Positions 36,548-61,200 are shown, counted from the first letter of the stretch. The stretch: DNA of 64,000 nt from Macrostomum hystrix (GCA_950097015.1 CATNEN010000005.1:1240001-1304000), one strand, 5' to 3'. A program made the numbers and translations. Notes: generated by a model not told the origin, from the sequence alone.

Positions 36548-39500
36548 CAACAACAACAACAACAAATAACAAAATATGCTGTCAGGTGAAAAAAGCAGTG
36601 TCACAGTGCACCCTTCAGAGCCTGGGCTCAAACAAAGGCCACACTGATGGCAGTGTCCGGGGCCCCAGCATCGGCCAGCAGGCAGTTGACAAAATGCGAA
36701 GTTCGGGCCTGGCCACGCCAGTAGGGTGCCTGCAGCGTTAGCAGCAGCACCTGCACCGGCTGCGGGCAGTAGGACTCGGCACGGATGATGTGGCCAGCAA
36801 GCTGGAGTTGCCTTGGATGGGCCAGGCCGGTGCGGCGATAGAGTGCAGCAGGCCAGTATGTGCCGCGTTGACTTGCTGTTCGAGCAAATCCATCAGCATC
36901 CACGTCTCAGTGTTGTACAACAGGATGGTCTCGACCACCGCCTGGAACAGCGCCGCCCTCTGGCGATCAGGTAGGGCCTCGGACTGCAGGACTGCCCTCA
37001 CAGAACGAAAGGCAGCCTAAGCGAGCCCGTGGCGACGCCGCTGATCTTCGCGGACGTCAGGTACCAGACCGCCGAAGTAGACGAACTGCTGACAGCTCAG
37101 AAGCTCTGTTACCTGCCCGTCAGCGCTTCGGCAGAAAATTGCGGCCTCGATGTCGCCCGGCACGCAGAACACAACGGTCTTCTTCGAGTTGACCAACAGG
37201 CCGACGCTCGCTGCGGCGCTAACCAGCTTATCCAGCTGGCGCTGGTCGCCCTCTATGGTCGAGCACAGCAGGGCGAGGTCAACGGCGTAGCCAAGCACGC
37301 TGAGCCGTTTCTCCGGTTGACGTTGACCCACGCGTCGCCGCAGTAGGAAGCCGTCTTCGTCGATAGGAAGAGCAGTTCGTAGCACCCAGTCAAGCACCAG
37401 GACGAACAGAAACGGCGCTAGAGTGTCCCCCTGGAGCACCCCTGAGGATGTCTCGAAGAGGTCCGACAGGCCGTCCGGCGTCACAGCTGCTCTCGTAGCA
37501 CAGTACAACGCCATGATGGCGGAGATGAGCTGTTCTGGCACATGGTACGCGCGGAGCACATGTGGAAGCGCAGCCCTCGCAACCGAGTCGAAAGCCTTCA
37601 TGAAGTCAATGAAGACAACGATCAGGTCCAACTGGCGCGTGCGCGCCTCCTCGATGATTCGGCGAAGAGCTAGGATCTGCGTCACTGTGCCACGGTGGGG
37701 CCGCAACCCGTTCTGCTCAGGTCGCAGGTAGGGATCCAGCACGGGTTGTAACCGCGATAGCAGCATCCGGTTGAACAACTTCGCAGCACAGGATTGCTGG
37801 CAGATACCTCGGTGCTCTTCTAGCCGCGTAGTGCCCGGCTTCTTTGGAATGGATATGATGTGCGCCATGGTCCACTCAGTGGGTGCCACCTCACCGGAGA
37901 GCACGCGGTTCATCACACGGGCGACCTCACTGGCCACAGTGGATGCGCAGCGCCTTGATGGGCACCTCGTCCGGACCCAGCGCCTTGCTGCCCGGTGTCT
38001 TCTGGGCGAGCATTACGACTCCAGCCATGGTGACTGGTGCAACGTTAAAACTGTCCTCTGACGGCAACGGCGTCTCTGGCGGCAGCGTCAGGATGTTGGC
38101 AGCGGGGGTGTCGGTGCGTTGACTATGGCGGCGAAGAACTCGCGCAGCTCGTTCCTGCGCTCATCCGCAGTGTCGCCTGCCAGATTCAGTTGGATGCACC
38201 GCTTCCGCCCTGTCAAAGCATTAATGGCGGACCAGGCCACGCGCCCTCTGGCGTCGGGCCCAGCGGCAGAGACAGCCCTGACAACTTCATCAACTGCGGC
38301 CTGCTGCCGCTGCAGATAGACAGTCGCCAGAGCCTCCTCCGCCTCGCGAGTAGGCCGCCTGCTCAGACGGAGCTTTTCCAGATATTCCCTCGCTTGTTGA
38401 ATCGCGGGGTCGTCCTGCCAGACCGCATGCCCACGCTGGGCCGGTCGCATCAACGGGACCGCTTGTTACGCGGCGGCTCGTACTGCGGCGCTCACATCCG
38501 CGTACTCGGCACCTCCACGCTTGCCGCCGAGCGTAGTGATGAAGGCGCTAGCGAAGTGGCAGTGCGTTCCGGCGTCTTTGAGAGCGCGGTAGTAGCGCCG
38601 CGGTGGCCGCTTTGGCGGACGGTAGAGCGGATCGCGTAGCTCGAGGTCGCAGATAAGTAGCCGATGATCGGATCGCAGAGCCAGCGGCGTAATGGTGCGG
38701 CAGTTGACAGCGCGGCGGCGCTCACGGGAGCGCAGATGCACGTGGTCAATCAGTGCTAGTCTCCGTGTAGCGAACCGGCTACGCGCGTTCCGCCGCCTCC
38801 GTTTGCAGCCCACGAAAGTCGCGAGCCTGCTTGGTGGCTTGCGGAAGCGGGTGTTGGCCGACACCATATCCTGCGTCTCCAGGAAGTCCTCCAGCGCCTG
38901 GGTGTTGCCGTTCTCGCGGTGAGTCACAAACAGCGACCGCTCGGACCTACGCGGAACCGCGTTTAGGTCTCCGAGTACGACCACCGTGTCGCGCTGCGCA
39001 GTCTCCTCCACGCGCAGAGAGCTGCTCGAAGAAGTCCTGAGCCTCATCTGGGCGGGTAGCAGGTGGCGCGTACATGCAGAACAAGCGAGCATTCCGGCCG
39101 CGAAGCCGGACGTCTTACCTGAAGCATCCGGGGGGACAGGGAAGAGCAGCGATAGCTCTGCTGCAGTCTCGGGCCGATCAGTGCTCCAACTCCTCCACGG
39201 CCTCGTTGATCCGCTGAGGTGTACCAGAGTGTCCAACCGGAGCCCAGGTCCTTACAGTCAGGTCCAGGCTCGGCTCTGATAGACACCTGAAGTGCGATGA
39301 CATTACAGCTGAGGTCGAGCGCTAGCTTCGCCAGCAACCCTCTCCGCCAGGCGGCCTTAGAGTTCGGCAGTTCAGCGTCCCGACTCGGAGTGTGCCCTGT
39401 GGTACAGCTGGGGCTCGGTAGTGGTGAGCCTCATGGTCGCCCGGAAGACCCAGATGGACTCGCATGGCAGCAGCTCGGCGCGCGGCGACACGTTGCCGGC

Positions 39501-39676
39501 CTCGCCGGTTTCGCTCGCGTCGGCGCTCAACTTGCCGGTGCGCGCTCCGCTGGCCCTGCTTTGTCCTGCCGCTGTTGGCCGCCGCAGCAGTTAAGCGCGG
39601 CTCACCGTCTTGACCACGAGGAGGTCGCGGCATTTATCTGCACCGAAGTGCAAATAAGTTAAGACAAATAAGTGCA
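36548..39676 (-). mobile_element. Full-length but frameshifted RTE-type non-LTR retrotransposon (APE endonuclease and RT), with (GTT)n tail and TSD
   Basis: APE motifs GTLNCRTL, GDLNA and SDHR. RT motifs IPKK, EQNG, FIDFMKAFDSV, QGDTLAPFLF and YAVD (decayed YADD). (CAA)n lies at 36548. The TSD is AATAAGTTTTTT(T)GC at 36534-36547 and 39677-39691. Confidence 0.92.
39580..39665 (-). ncRNA. Candidate HDV-like self-cleaving ribozyme at the RTE 5' end
   Basis: The minus strand reads GUCUUA-ACUUAUUUGCAC-UUCG-GUGCAGAUAAA-UGCCGCG-ACC-UCCUCGU-GGU-CAAGAC-GG-UGAGCCGCGCUUA-ACUGC-UGCGGCG. P1, a J1/2 hairpin, P2, P3/L3, P1.1 and P4 can all be drawn. J4/2 is non-canonical. Confidence 0.55.
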
Positions 39677-40003
39677 AATAAGTTTTTTTGCTAAATTTAG
39701 CTTAGCGATTGTTTTAATTATTCTTTTTGTGGTTGCCTAAATAAAGCTAACTTACTCGTAGTTGATAGAAGTTCTATAGTGTTAGTGTGTAGTGCTTCGG
39801 AATACAAAACCAAGTATATTGATTTATTAAAGTAATAATCAAATCAAGTCAGATAGTCAAGTATTTCGTGATCTGTAGAAATCATTATGCAGTTTCTATA
39901 TCTTATTTAATTTATTTCTACAGCAATAATAAACTGATACAATATCAAATAACATTATCAAACAAAAAAGAAGTGACAGTTTCCAATCCTAACCAGCATT
40001 GTC

Positions 40004-43000
40004 ATGGATACTCTGCTAGCTGCTAATCCAAAAAGTCGTCGCTACGAAAAGATCGACTACTTTGACGAGGGACAATATGCCCTGGTTTACAAGGCTCGCG
40101 ACACTCAGACTGGCCAATTAGTGGCCATCAAGAAAGTGAAATCTGGCACTAGAGAGGACATTGCCGACGGTGTTAATCGCACAGCATTGAGAGAGATTAA
40201 ACTGTTACGCGAATTATTGCACGACAATGTAATTCGCCTGCTAGATGCATTTGGCGACGATGGCAATGTTAATCTGGTGTTTGAAATCATGCACACGGAT
40301 CTAGAGAAGCTAGTACACGATCAGTCTGTTGTGCTGGCTCCTAGTCACATAAAAAACCTGCTGCTTCAGTGCCTTAGAGGATTGGACTATCTGCATCAGA
40401 ATTTTGTGCTGCATCGAGATATTAAGAGTAATAACATCTTCGTTAGTGCCACTGGTGAGGTGTGTACCTGGAATTTATTTTAGAATTTATTTTATACCAG
40501 ACGTGAGTTCGATTCTTAGCCCAAAATAGAAACTTTGTGTTTAATATTCGCGAGACGCCAAATACTTTAGTGATTCAGTTTTTGGGTGTTGGAATTTTTA
40601 GGTGGATTTGGTGTATCTGAAGCTTCAAGGATTGTGGGAGATTTTAGGTTTTTGAGGCTTCTGGGATTGTGGGAGATTTCGGGATTTCTGAAGCTTGAAG
40701 GATTGTGGATGATTTCGGGATTTCTGAAGCTCCATGGATTGTGGGAGATTTCGAGATTTCTGAAGCTTCTAGGATTGTGGATGATTTCGGGATTTCTGAA
40801 GCTCCATGGATTGTGGGAGATTTCGAGATTTCTGAAGCTTCTAGGATTGTGGGAGATTTAGGGATTTCTGAGGCTTCTGGGATTGTGGGAGATTTCGGGA
40901 TTTCTGAGGCTTCTGGGATTGTGGGAGATTTCGGGATTTCTGAAGCTTCTGGGATTGAGGAGATTTCAGGATTTTTGAAGCTTCAAGGATTGTGGATGAT
41001 TTCAGGATTTCTGAAGCTTCTGGGATTGAGGGAGATTTAGGAATCTCTGAGGCTTCAATGATGATAGGAGATTTCAGGATTTCTAAAGCTTTTGGGATTT
41101 AGGGAGATTTCGGGATTTTTGAAGCTTCAAGGATGGTGGGAGATTTCAGGATTTCTAAAGCTTCTGGGATTGAGGGAGATTTCGTAATTTCTGAAGCTTC
41201 TGGGATTGAAGGAGATTTCGGGATTTCTGAAGCTTCTGGGATTGTGGGAGATTTCGGTATTTCTGAAGCTTCTGGGATTTTGGGAGATTTCGGGATTTTC
41301 GAAGATTCAGGGACTTATTAAAATGTTTTTTCGAACTAACGTCCCCTCCCAATCCTTGCAAAAAGGTGAAACTTGGCGATTTCGGTCTGGCTCGCATGTA
41401 CGGCAGCCCGAATCGGCCATTAACCAATCAGGTTGTAACGCGCTGGTATCGCTGCCCAGAGCTGCTATTGGGCGCTAAGATCTACGGCCCCGGTGTAGAC
41501 ATGTGGGCTGCCGGCTGCGTTTTCGCCGAGCTGTTGCGCAGAACCGCTCTTTTCCCTGGCGAATCCGATCTGATGCAACTGTCCAAGATCTACCAGCTGT
41601 TGGGCACGCCTAAATTGGACGATTGGCCAGAGGTGGCGCAGTTAGAAAACTTTATTCAATTCAACGACTGCCAACCGGTGCCACTGCATAATATATTCAC
41701 GGCCGCCACCGATGATCTGTTGGATCTTATGCAGGGCTTGCTTAGACTCAATCCGGCTAAGAGGTCTGTCTGGGTCTGCCTGTTTACTGCAGCAAATTCT
41801 TTGTGGCTTCTTGACGGGATAAATGTAGCTAGCTAGGTTAAAAGTTCAATGACTAGATATTGGCCTAAGATATTGAAGAGTAAGCAAAGAACTTTTTCGA
41901 ATTACTTCAAAATTAAGAAAATGGTTAAGAGGCCGACCTACATTTTTTTAGAATGACCTAAAGGTTTAGAGGAGGACCTAAGAGTTTAGAAGAGGACCTT
42001 CAAGTTAAGATAAGGACCTAAAAGTTTAGGGCGGATAGCTCAGTCAGTAAGGTGTCGGACTCTGGATCAGATGGTTCTGGGTTCGACTCCCGACCTAGTC
42101 TAGAACTATTCGTGCAGCCTTTGGCAAGCTGCTTTGCCTTGATGTGCACACAGTCTAGTCAGCTGCAAATGAGTACCGACATTTCGTCGGGCAATAATAA
42201 TTCCGGCTGGCGTGGAATAAAGCAGTTCTGTGCGGCAATTCTGTGGGGTTTGGATGCTGCCGATATGTTTGGAAAAATAAATTCCATTGCTGACACGCGG
42301 CTGTCAACCGGTGTCCGAGAGAGCCGGGGAGTATAATAGGTGTGCAGTCCCCACCTGCTAGTGTACATGACATTAAGTTACATTCATTAACTTAAGTTAA
42401 GTTCATTAAGTGACACAACACCTGCACTGGCCCTTGGGTCTAGTGTCAATTATTATTATTATAAAATTTTAGATGAGGACCTAAAAGTTTATAGGATGAC
42501 CTAAAAGTTTATAGGATGACCTAAAAGTTTATAGGATGACCTAAAAGTTTATAGGATGACCTAAAATTTTAGAGGATGACCTAAAAGTTTAGAGGATGAC
42601 CTAAAAGTTTATAGGATGACCTAAAAGTTTAGAGGATGACCTAAAAGTTTAGAGGATGACCTAAAAGTTTAGAGAATGACCTAAAAGTTTATAGGATGAC
42701 CTAAAAGTTTAGAGGATGACCTTAAAGTTTAGAGCATGACCTAAAAGTTTAGAGCGTGACCTAAAACATCGAAGAAAGGTCTAGAAATGAAAAAAATTAC
42801 CTAAAATATGTAGGGTATAATATAATTTCTAGTTTTTCAAAACCACGTCCTAAAATTCGCTTGGCGATCAAAAGTTTGTAGCAAAAAATAGACTTTGAAT
42901 TTGAAACCCAGTTCATATAATGCAATAAGAAAATGCCGTTGTTGAAGCCTCACTCTAAAAGCCTTGCACCCATCCCTGACCTACCCTCGCAGGCTCACAG

Positions 43001-43281
43001 CCTCCCAGGCTCTGGCCATGTCGTATTTTCTGCAGCCTCCTGCGCCCTGCTCAAACCAGCAGATTCCTCTAGGCGGCAGCGGAGGAGCTCGCGGGTTCGA
43101 TTCCGGAGCCTCAATTGGCACCGGCGGCGGCTTCGGTAGTTACCTTAGCAACCAGTCGACCAATTCTGGCGTCGGCTTGCGTAGTCGCATTGTGCACAGC
43201 GTGGCTGGCCAGAGCGGCGGCCCTTTGTCTGTGCCACCGGCCGCGAAGGTTGCCCGCAGACTGCAGTTCGAATCCCAATAA
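40004..43281 (+). CDS. CDK7: Cyclin-dependent kinase 7 (CAK/TFIIH kinase), 3 exons
   Basis: Exons 40004-40459, 41366-41763 and 42993-43281. [14 protein letters not shown] is the CDK7 signature. Also VAIKK, HRDIK, DFGLAR, the T-loop [17 protein letters not shown], and RLTASQAL. Confidence 0.93.
40590..41310. repeat. 36-bp minisatellite in CDK7 intron 1
   Basis: Unit GATTTCGGGATTTCTGAAGCTTCTGGGATTGTGGGA; the translation repeats every 12 aa. Confidence 0.9.
41930..42790. repeat. 20-bp minisatellite in CDK7 intron 2, interrupted by SINE C
   Basis: Unit GACCTAAAAGTTTAGAGGAT. Confidence 0.9.
42028..42462 (+). mobile_element. tRNA-derived SINE family C inserted in a minisatellite
   Basis: Head GGGCGGATAGCTCAGTCAGTAAGG...GGTTCGACTCCC, 3' end GGGTCTAGTGTCA and an (ATT)n tail. 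Confidence 0.75.
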
Positions 43282-44210
43282 ATTTCCTGCCGCTAAAACT
43301 GACTAATGAAGTCTTTCGTAGCGAAATTTGTGACTTTGACTGTTAGCATTTTTTCATGGGATCGCACCCCGAAAATTAATAGAAGAGGCTATTTTTTCTG
43401 CCGCCTTCAACTACATGGCATTTCCCCTTCCTAACTAAGTACTTTGCTATTGTCGGGCATATAATATAATGTATACTACTGCGTCAAACTGTATAGTCAG
43501 TAGCATGTATGCGCATTAAATGTGTATTAATAATAGAAAATAAAAATATTATTTTTATGCGATGTTAACAGCAACAAATACAACAGAATTCTGTGGGGGC
43601 TAGTTATCGATTTTCTAATGAAAAAAGTCTTTATTTGTTTAAATTTTATATTAATAATGATGAAGCTTTTAGCATAGTAATAGTAGAAATTGGAGCTTGT
43701 AGCCCATTAATTAGAGCTTCGGACTTTTCACTTAGAGATCGGAAGTTCGTATCTCAGCTCAAGGGAGACAAAGTAGATGTGAAAGGGAGAAGTGTTCTTA
43801 ACAGTAGAAAGACAATGGGGTATCTCAAATAACAACATTTTTATTTTTTTCTGTACGACCTAAAGAGCATACAGGGTGAAGAATAGCCTGGTCTTTCTAT
43901 TGTTAAGCGACAATTTAAAATGGGTACCAGCATCAGCTGGAACATAAATTTTTGTGGGTATTGCGGCCCTAGCCAGTCCACGGACTGTACACAGCCTTTA
44001 CACAGACTGTACACAGGGTTGTACATCTGATCTAACTTTCTACCTTTCTACATCTCTAGAAAAGGTATTTATTTCTCTAGAAAAAATAAATTTACAATAA
44101 TAACTTTGCTTTCCAAATTAAAGCCATTTTTATTTACTTACAGGTCAGCTAACAGTTTTGTATCCTGCAAACAATTAGGAGCTGTAAAAAATTATCCCAA
44201 TCAGTACAGA

Positions 44211-55868
<11,658 letters not shown>

Positions 55869-56410
55869 ATTTATAACTGCCACCTGTTGAGAGTGCGAGA
55901 TCGTTACTAAATCAAATGGGATATTTTCGGTTTATTAAACAAATGTATGCTAGTTTGAAATTGCATTTCCCTCCTTCTATTTACAAATTTAATTCCCTTA
56001 ATGTTTAAGTCTTTAACGTTAGGAAGCATTTCATTTATTTTTTTGTCTCCGGTGCTGAAATATACGTAGCTTACTTCGCGCATGCTTTTAAGTGTTCTAC
56101 GTTTTAAAAAGTGCCCTGGTTTTTTGTTAGCTTTTTATCATGTTACTTAAAATTTCCATTGTGAAATATAATCGACTTGTTTGTATTCGTTTCTTACAGT
56201 GAGAACTGTCCCATATTACCTCTAAACACCCACCTCACTCTCAGAATTTACATTCCACTAACCACTCACCTCACTCTCAGAATGTACATTCTGCTAAGCA
56301 CCCACCTCACGTCAGAGTTATGCACTCTGACCGACATCTAAGCATCCAAATTACTCTAGTGATGTACGCTGTTTGCTTAGTTAGTAATTTAAGTCCCTAT
56401 ATTTTTTCAG

Positions 56411-56899
56411 GACTTCTCGCCATTGGCCAACGAAAACAGCCTGTTATCAACGGGCATTCTAGCAGCGTCGAGCATCTTCGCCATTGCCGCTGGCGGCACT
56501 CGCTGGGGCCTAGGAATCTATGGACTGATGTTGGCGCCTCTTCTCGCCGTCTTAGAATATCCTCGTGCCTGCAGGCCCGAGAGAAGATGGCAAGATCGTC
56601 TCTATCCTCTGTTCCGTTGGCCTCTGTTTGGAAAATTCTACACTCGTTGCGTCATTCATTTGATTGTCGCGCTGCCTTGTCTGTTCTGCCTGCCCCTGAC
56701 TGCGCCATCTTTGTCTCTGCTCGCATCGGCTTGTCTCTATCTGGCTGCCCTAATTCGGGGAGAAAAATTCTGCTTGCCAGATTCTGAAGCCAGCCATGCG
56801 CCATATTTGGCTGATGGCGGTCGTGGAATGAGCTTGCCTGTTCAGCCGCCACCGATGCCGCCGCCTCCTGAAACCGCTGCAGGATTCTCTGACTACTAA
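56411..56899 (+). CDS. CYBA: Cytochrome b-245 light chain (p22phox); single coding exon with no in-frame ATG
   Basis: LANEN, GIYGLM, LEYPR, VIHLI, LYLAALIRGE and the Pro-rich QPPPMPPPP align with p22phox. The acceptor is TTTTCAG at 56410, and there is an in-frame TAA at 56390. Confidence 0.85.
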   Translation, partial: DFSPLANENSLLSTGILAASSIFAIAAGGTRWGLGIYGLMLAPLLAVLEYPRACRPERRWQDRLYPLFRWPLFGKFYTRCVIHLIVALPCLFCLPLTAPSLSLLASACLYLAALIRGEKFCLPDSEASHAPYLADGGRGMSLPVQPPPMPPPPETAAGFSDY

Positions 56900-56979
56900 C
56901 CTTCTGGTGGTCCGCAAGCCTTTAAGATCTGTCTGCACCCATCTCAGTCCAAATTTTTACACATCCATATTAAAGACTA

Positions 56980-58265
56980 TGAGCCATCCACCTCTTGTGT
57001 ACATTCTGTCCCGCCAAGCTTTGAGCCGCCCACCTCACTCCCCGGGTGTACATTCTGTCCCGCCAAGCTTTGAGCCGCCCACCTCGCTCCACGGGTGTAC
57101 ATTCCATCTCGCCAAGCTGTGATCCGCCGACCTCACTCCCCGGGTGTACATTCTATCCCGCCAAGCTGTAAGCCTCCCACCTCACTCCTCAAGTGTACAT
57201 TATTTCTTGCTCGGCCATGAACAGATCATTTTTTCAGCGCGTAATATTGCGCTTTGAATTGGGCTGTGAATATAATTATATTTTAATTTTTAACTCATGA
57301 TTATCTGATATATGCAAATATTTTTATACTTTCATACATTCCAGGTAAATACATGAAAAATATTTTTTAAACACTGATTTTGAAAACTGTACGAATATTT
57401 TTATCAATGTGTTAAGTTCATTCAAAACATTTTAACGACTGTCTGTTAGGAAAGATATTGGTTTCTAAGCAGAGCAACCTTTTTGCATTTCGAATTCATT
57501 TTACACTACTTTCAGCTTCCTGAAAATACTCTTGTCGTTTGAAATCGAAAATCAACCTCCAAGATTAGAATTTAAAAGAGTTATTCGGCAAGAAACTAGC
57601 TGGTAATGGATTGTACACCAATCTTTGAGTCAGACTTCGACATGAAAGCTTGGCTTAATGCTGCTTTCGCTAGCGGCATACGGGAAGACAATCTTCCCGA
57701 AGACGGTGTCAGCAGCGAAGCGTCCCCCGGCGCTGTACTGGACGATGCCGACACAGCCAATCGGTTGCTAGTGAAGCTGCAGTCTTATCAGCAGGAGGTT
57801 GGCGCTCTCCTAGAAGAGAGCTGGACTTCTGCTATCGCCGCTGTGCCAAGGGCTGCCAGAGAGATGGCCTCTGTTAAGCAGGAGGCCCTGCTGCTGCAGG
57901 ATCAACTGCGATCGGTTAAGACCCAGTTGGAACGGGTTGAACAGGTGATTTTACTTCACTTATCTGGTTATTCATCGCGTTTAGCTTGACGGGACAAGTT
58001 GTACACAGGCATAGTGAGGTGGGTGACTCACAGCTTGGCGGGACAGAATGTACACTCGGGGAGTGAGGTTGGTGGATCACGAATTGTGTACGTAGTGAGG
58101 TGGGTAGCTCACAGCTAGGCGGTAAAGCGCGTGCATCTGGGGAGTGAGGTGGGTGGCTCACAGCTAGGCGGGAAAGAGTGTACACCCTGGGAGTGAGGTG
58201 GGTGGCTCACAGCTAGGCGGGAAAGAGTGTACACCCTGGGAGTGAGGTGGGTGGGTTCGCAGCTT
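56980..58265. repeat. 49-bp minisatellite in two inverted arrays (56980-57195 plus, 58000-58265 minus), with a remnant at 56230-56330
   Basis: Unit GTACATTCTGTCCCGCCAAGCTTTGAGCCGCCCACCTCACTCCCCGGGT and its reverse complement. Confidence 0.8.
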
Positions 58266-61200
58266 CACCAGAAAAATATTCAATACGACTTTGTTTCACT
58301 AGGTGAATACTACTTATAGTAGAAAAAAGAATAAGAGTGTTTTTCACGTTAATTTTCTAACTCCAGGAAACATCAGCCAGCATGGCCAAACTGGTTGAAG
58401 CCGATCGGTTAAAAAGTCGCCTACAAAAGGCCAGCTCTGCACTGCGTGAGGCCGACAATTGGACCAGCTTGTCTGCTAATCTGGACGATCTTCTTGACAG
58501 CGAAGACCTGGCAGGCATTGCTGACCGGCTAGCTCAGCTGGCTCAATCTCTGAGCATGCTCGACTCCTCGCCTGATTATGCCTCGCGTCAGCAGCAATTG
58601 GAATCTTGGCGCAATCAATTCGAAGCCCAACTGGCTGTTCACGTCTACAGGGCGTTCGCTGTGCGAGACACCAACGAATGCGCCAGGTTAGTTGCATTGC
58701 TAGGCAGAGTCGGGCGACCGAGCGCAGCCAATGCTCATTATCAGCGATGGCTTTCTGGCCACCTGGTCAATGTCTGGTCTGAGGCTGCTACCGGCGCTAC
58801 AGCTGCCAAGGAGAACAATGAAGATGAAACTGGTGTGCCCGCTGCTGATGAAGAGCCTGCGGATGCTAAAGGTAGCTTAAATTCTTATTAGGAATTTTTC
58901 TATACATATCGGCAACTTTTGGTTTCCAAGGTTCTATTAGTTTTATTGTGGATTTTCTGGATTTCTGTCGATACTTGTGCAGAGTAATGCTATTTTCGTT
59001 ACATATAGGTGCCACATTAATAGATTCACATTTCGTAACTTTTCATTCTTTTGTTTTGAGTTTTAGTTTTTAGATGCATTTTTCAATACATATGTGAGGT
59101 AATTTATTCATCGACTTTCTCGAATTTATAAATCTCGAATTGTCGAATTGATCCTTTTTTTAAAAAGCTGATATTGCGGTATTTCGGGTTTCCAAATCCG
59201 ATTTTCGATACATATCGGTTGTAATTTTTCGGTATATTTTCAAATTTGGTCCAGTCTTTAGTGCCACTCAAAGACGCATGTCTAGTTTCCATACATATCG
59301 CCACCCGATCCTTGAACTATTCCAGCCGCAAACTCAGCCGAGACGGCAGAATCTGCGCTTGACTCCCTCATCACCGTCTGTCGGCGAGAACTGCAGGCCA
59401 ATCTGCTTCCGGATTGTCCGCGCTTGGTGCTCGACTGTCTGGCCAGAGCTCTGCCTGGCCTTCGCCCGCCTATGTCCGATGTTATCCGACCGAATCAGCC
59501 GGATCTTCACAATTGTCTGCATCGTCTAGCGATCCTGTGCCATTGTGCCGACGATCTCACCGGCCTGTTTCCTGATGCCGAACTTCGAAACCTCGCCCTG
59601 ACCAACCTGCTGAGGCCTGTTGGACCCATCCTGCTAGCCGACATTGAACTGGCCGGAGCCAATCAGCTAGCTAAGGATTTAGCCGCAGTGCCAATGGACC
59701 AATCAGATGTTGACGACACTCTCGGCTTATTGGAGAACGCAACCCCATTGGCTCTGGCCTCTGCTAGTCGTTTAATCTCAGCTTATCGATCGGTCACTCC
59801 GCCATTGTGCCTAACCAGCCTAGCTCGCCTATTGCCAAACCATCTCCAGTCCTACCTGCGCGAATTGTCTCGCGTTCTAGGCAACGTGCGAGCCAAGCTG
59901 CCAGATCCCGCGGATGATTGGTCGGCCGTCGGCTGCGTCCTCAGGTCGGGCTGTCTGCTTGGCAGATTAGTTGACGCCGTGGCTCAATTTGCAGCCGATT
60001 TTGTTGACCAATCGGTTGCTAATGACTCGTTAGTATCTGGAAGACGGCCTGCTCCTAGAGACGACTGGCTTCCAATGATCTATGCCGCTGATAGCGTCGG
60101 CGATGATGACAGGCGATTACTGCGCGAATTGACTTCGGCTGTGTCTGACGGTCGTCAGCCTAGCTGGCTTCGGGATATGCGCATAGCCTCCCAGACATTC
60201 TGCCGCGAGCAGCATCGACTGCTGTTTGGCCTGCTTGTCAAACCGGTCGACCGGTTGCTAGCTGGCCTCCCTAATCTGCCTTGCTGGTCACCGAGGTCAG
60301 TGTTTTATTTTGCATATTATCCTGCGCATCTAAAGGCTGCGTACGGCTGTTCAGTCCATGGACTGGAGGACGCCACAACCACTGAACTACCCCAGCTAAT
60401 ACTGGTACCCATTTAAGAGCTGGGTGAACTGAACCAATGCAGTGTTGAGCGTCTTGCTAATGGACAAAAATTGTTCCATCTGAATCGAGAATCGAACCCC
60501 CGACCTTTAAATCGTCAGTCCGACGCTCTAACCACTAGGCTACAGCCTTCTTTGATTAGACCCTGGTTTAACCAAGAACCACCTTGGAGTAGGAGGACGG
60601 GAATAATCGTTTCTTAGAATTAGTTTTGAAGGCTTGTTTGTTTTAGAGGGGGGAGCATGTATTAACAAGGGGAAGCATGAATTATCGTGGGAAATGTATG
60701 AATTATCAACTGGGTAGCCTGAATAATCGTGTGAAAAGCATAAATTAAGTGGGTAGCATGAATTATTGAGCGGGTAGCAAGATTTTTCCAGGAATAGCAT
60801 GATATAACAAAGTGGTAGCATGAATAATTGAGTGGAAAGCATAGATTGTCGAAGACAAAGCATGAAATATCGACGCTGTACCATGAATTATTGAAGGAAA
60901 AACAATTATTATCAATTGGATAGCATGAATTATTGAGGGGGAGAAAAATACAAGGGATTAGATGGGAGATTATGGGTGCTAGCTGGGATAGTGATCGTTT
61001 GTGCACTACTTTCTACAACACCATCTAAATTGCCTAAAGCAGCAGTTAGCTTAAAGAAAAACTATCTTTAACTGGTCTAGATGAGTGTTGACTTTTTTCT
61101 CTAGCACTTTTATTAGCTGAGTTATGGCCCCTCGAGTGTTGATAACCACGGACATAAACTGCGATTTTCACCAGCTGCTGAAAGATAAAAGCCACTAGGA

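Noticed and set aside
42028-42105. tRNA gene
   Set aside because: A and B boxes are present but I find no clean cloverleaf. The sequence continues into a SINE body with an (ATT)n tail.
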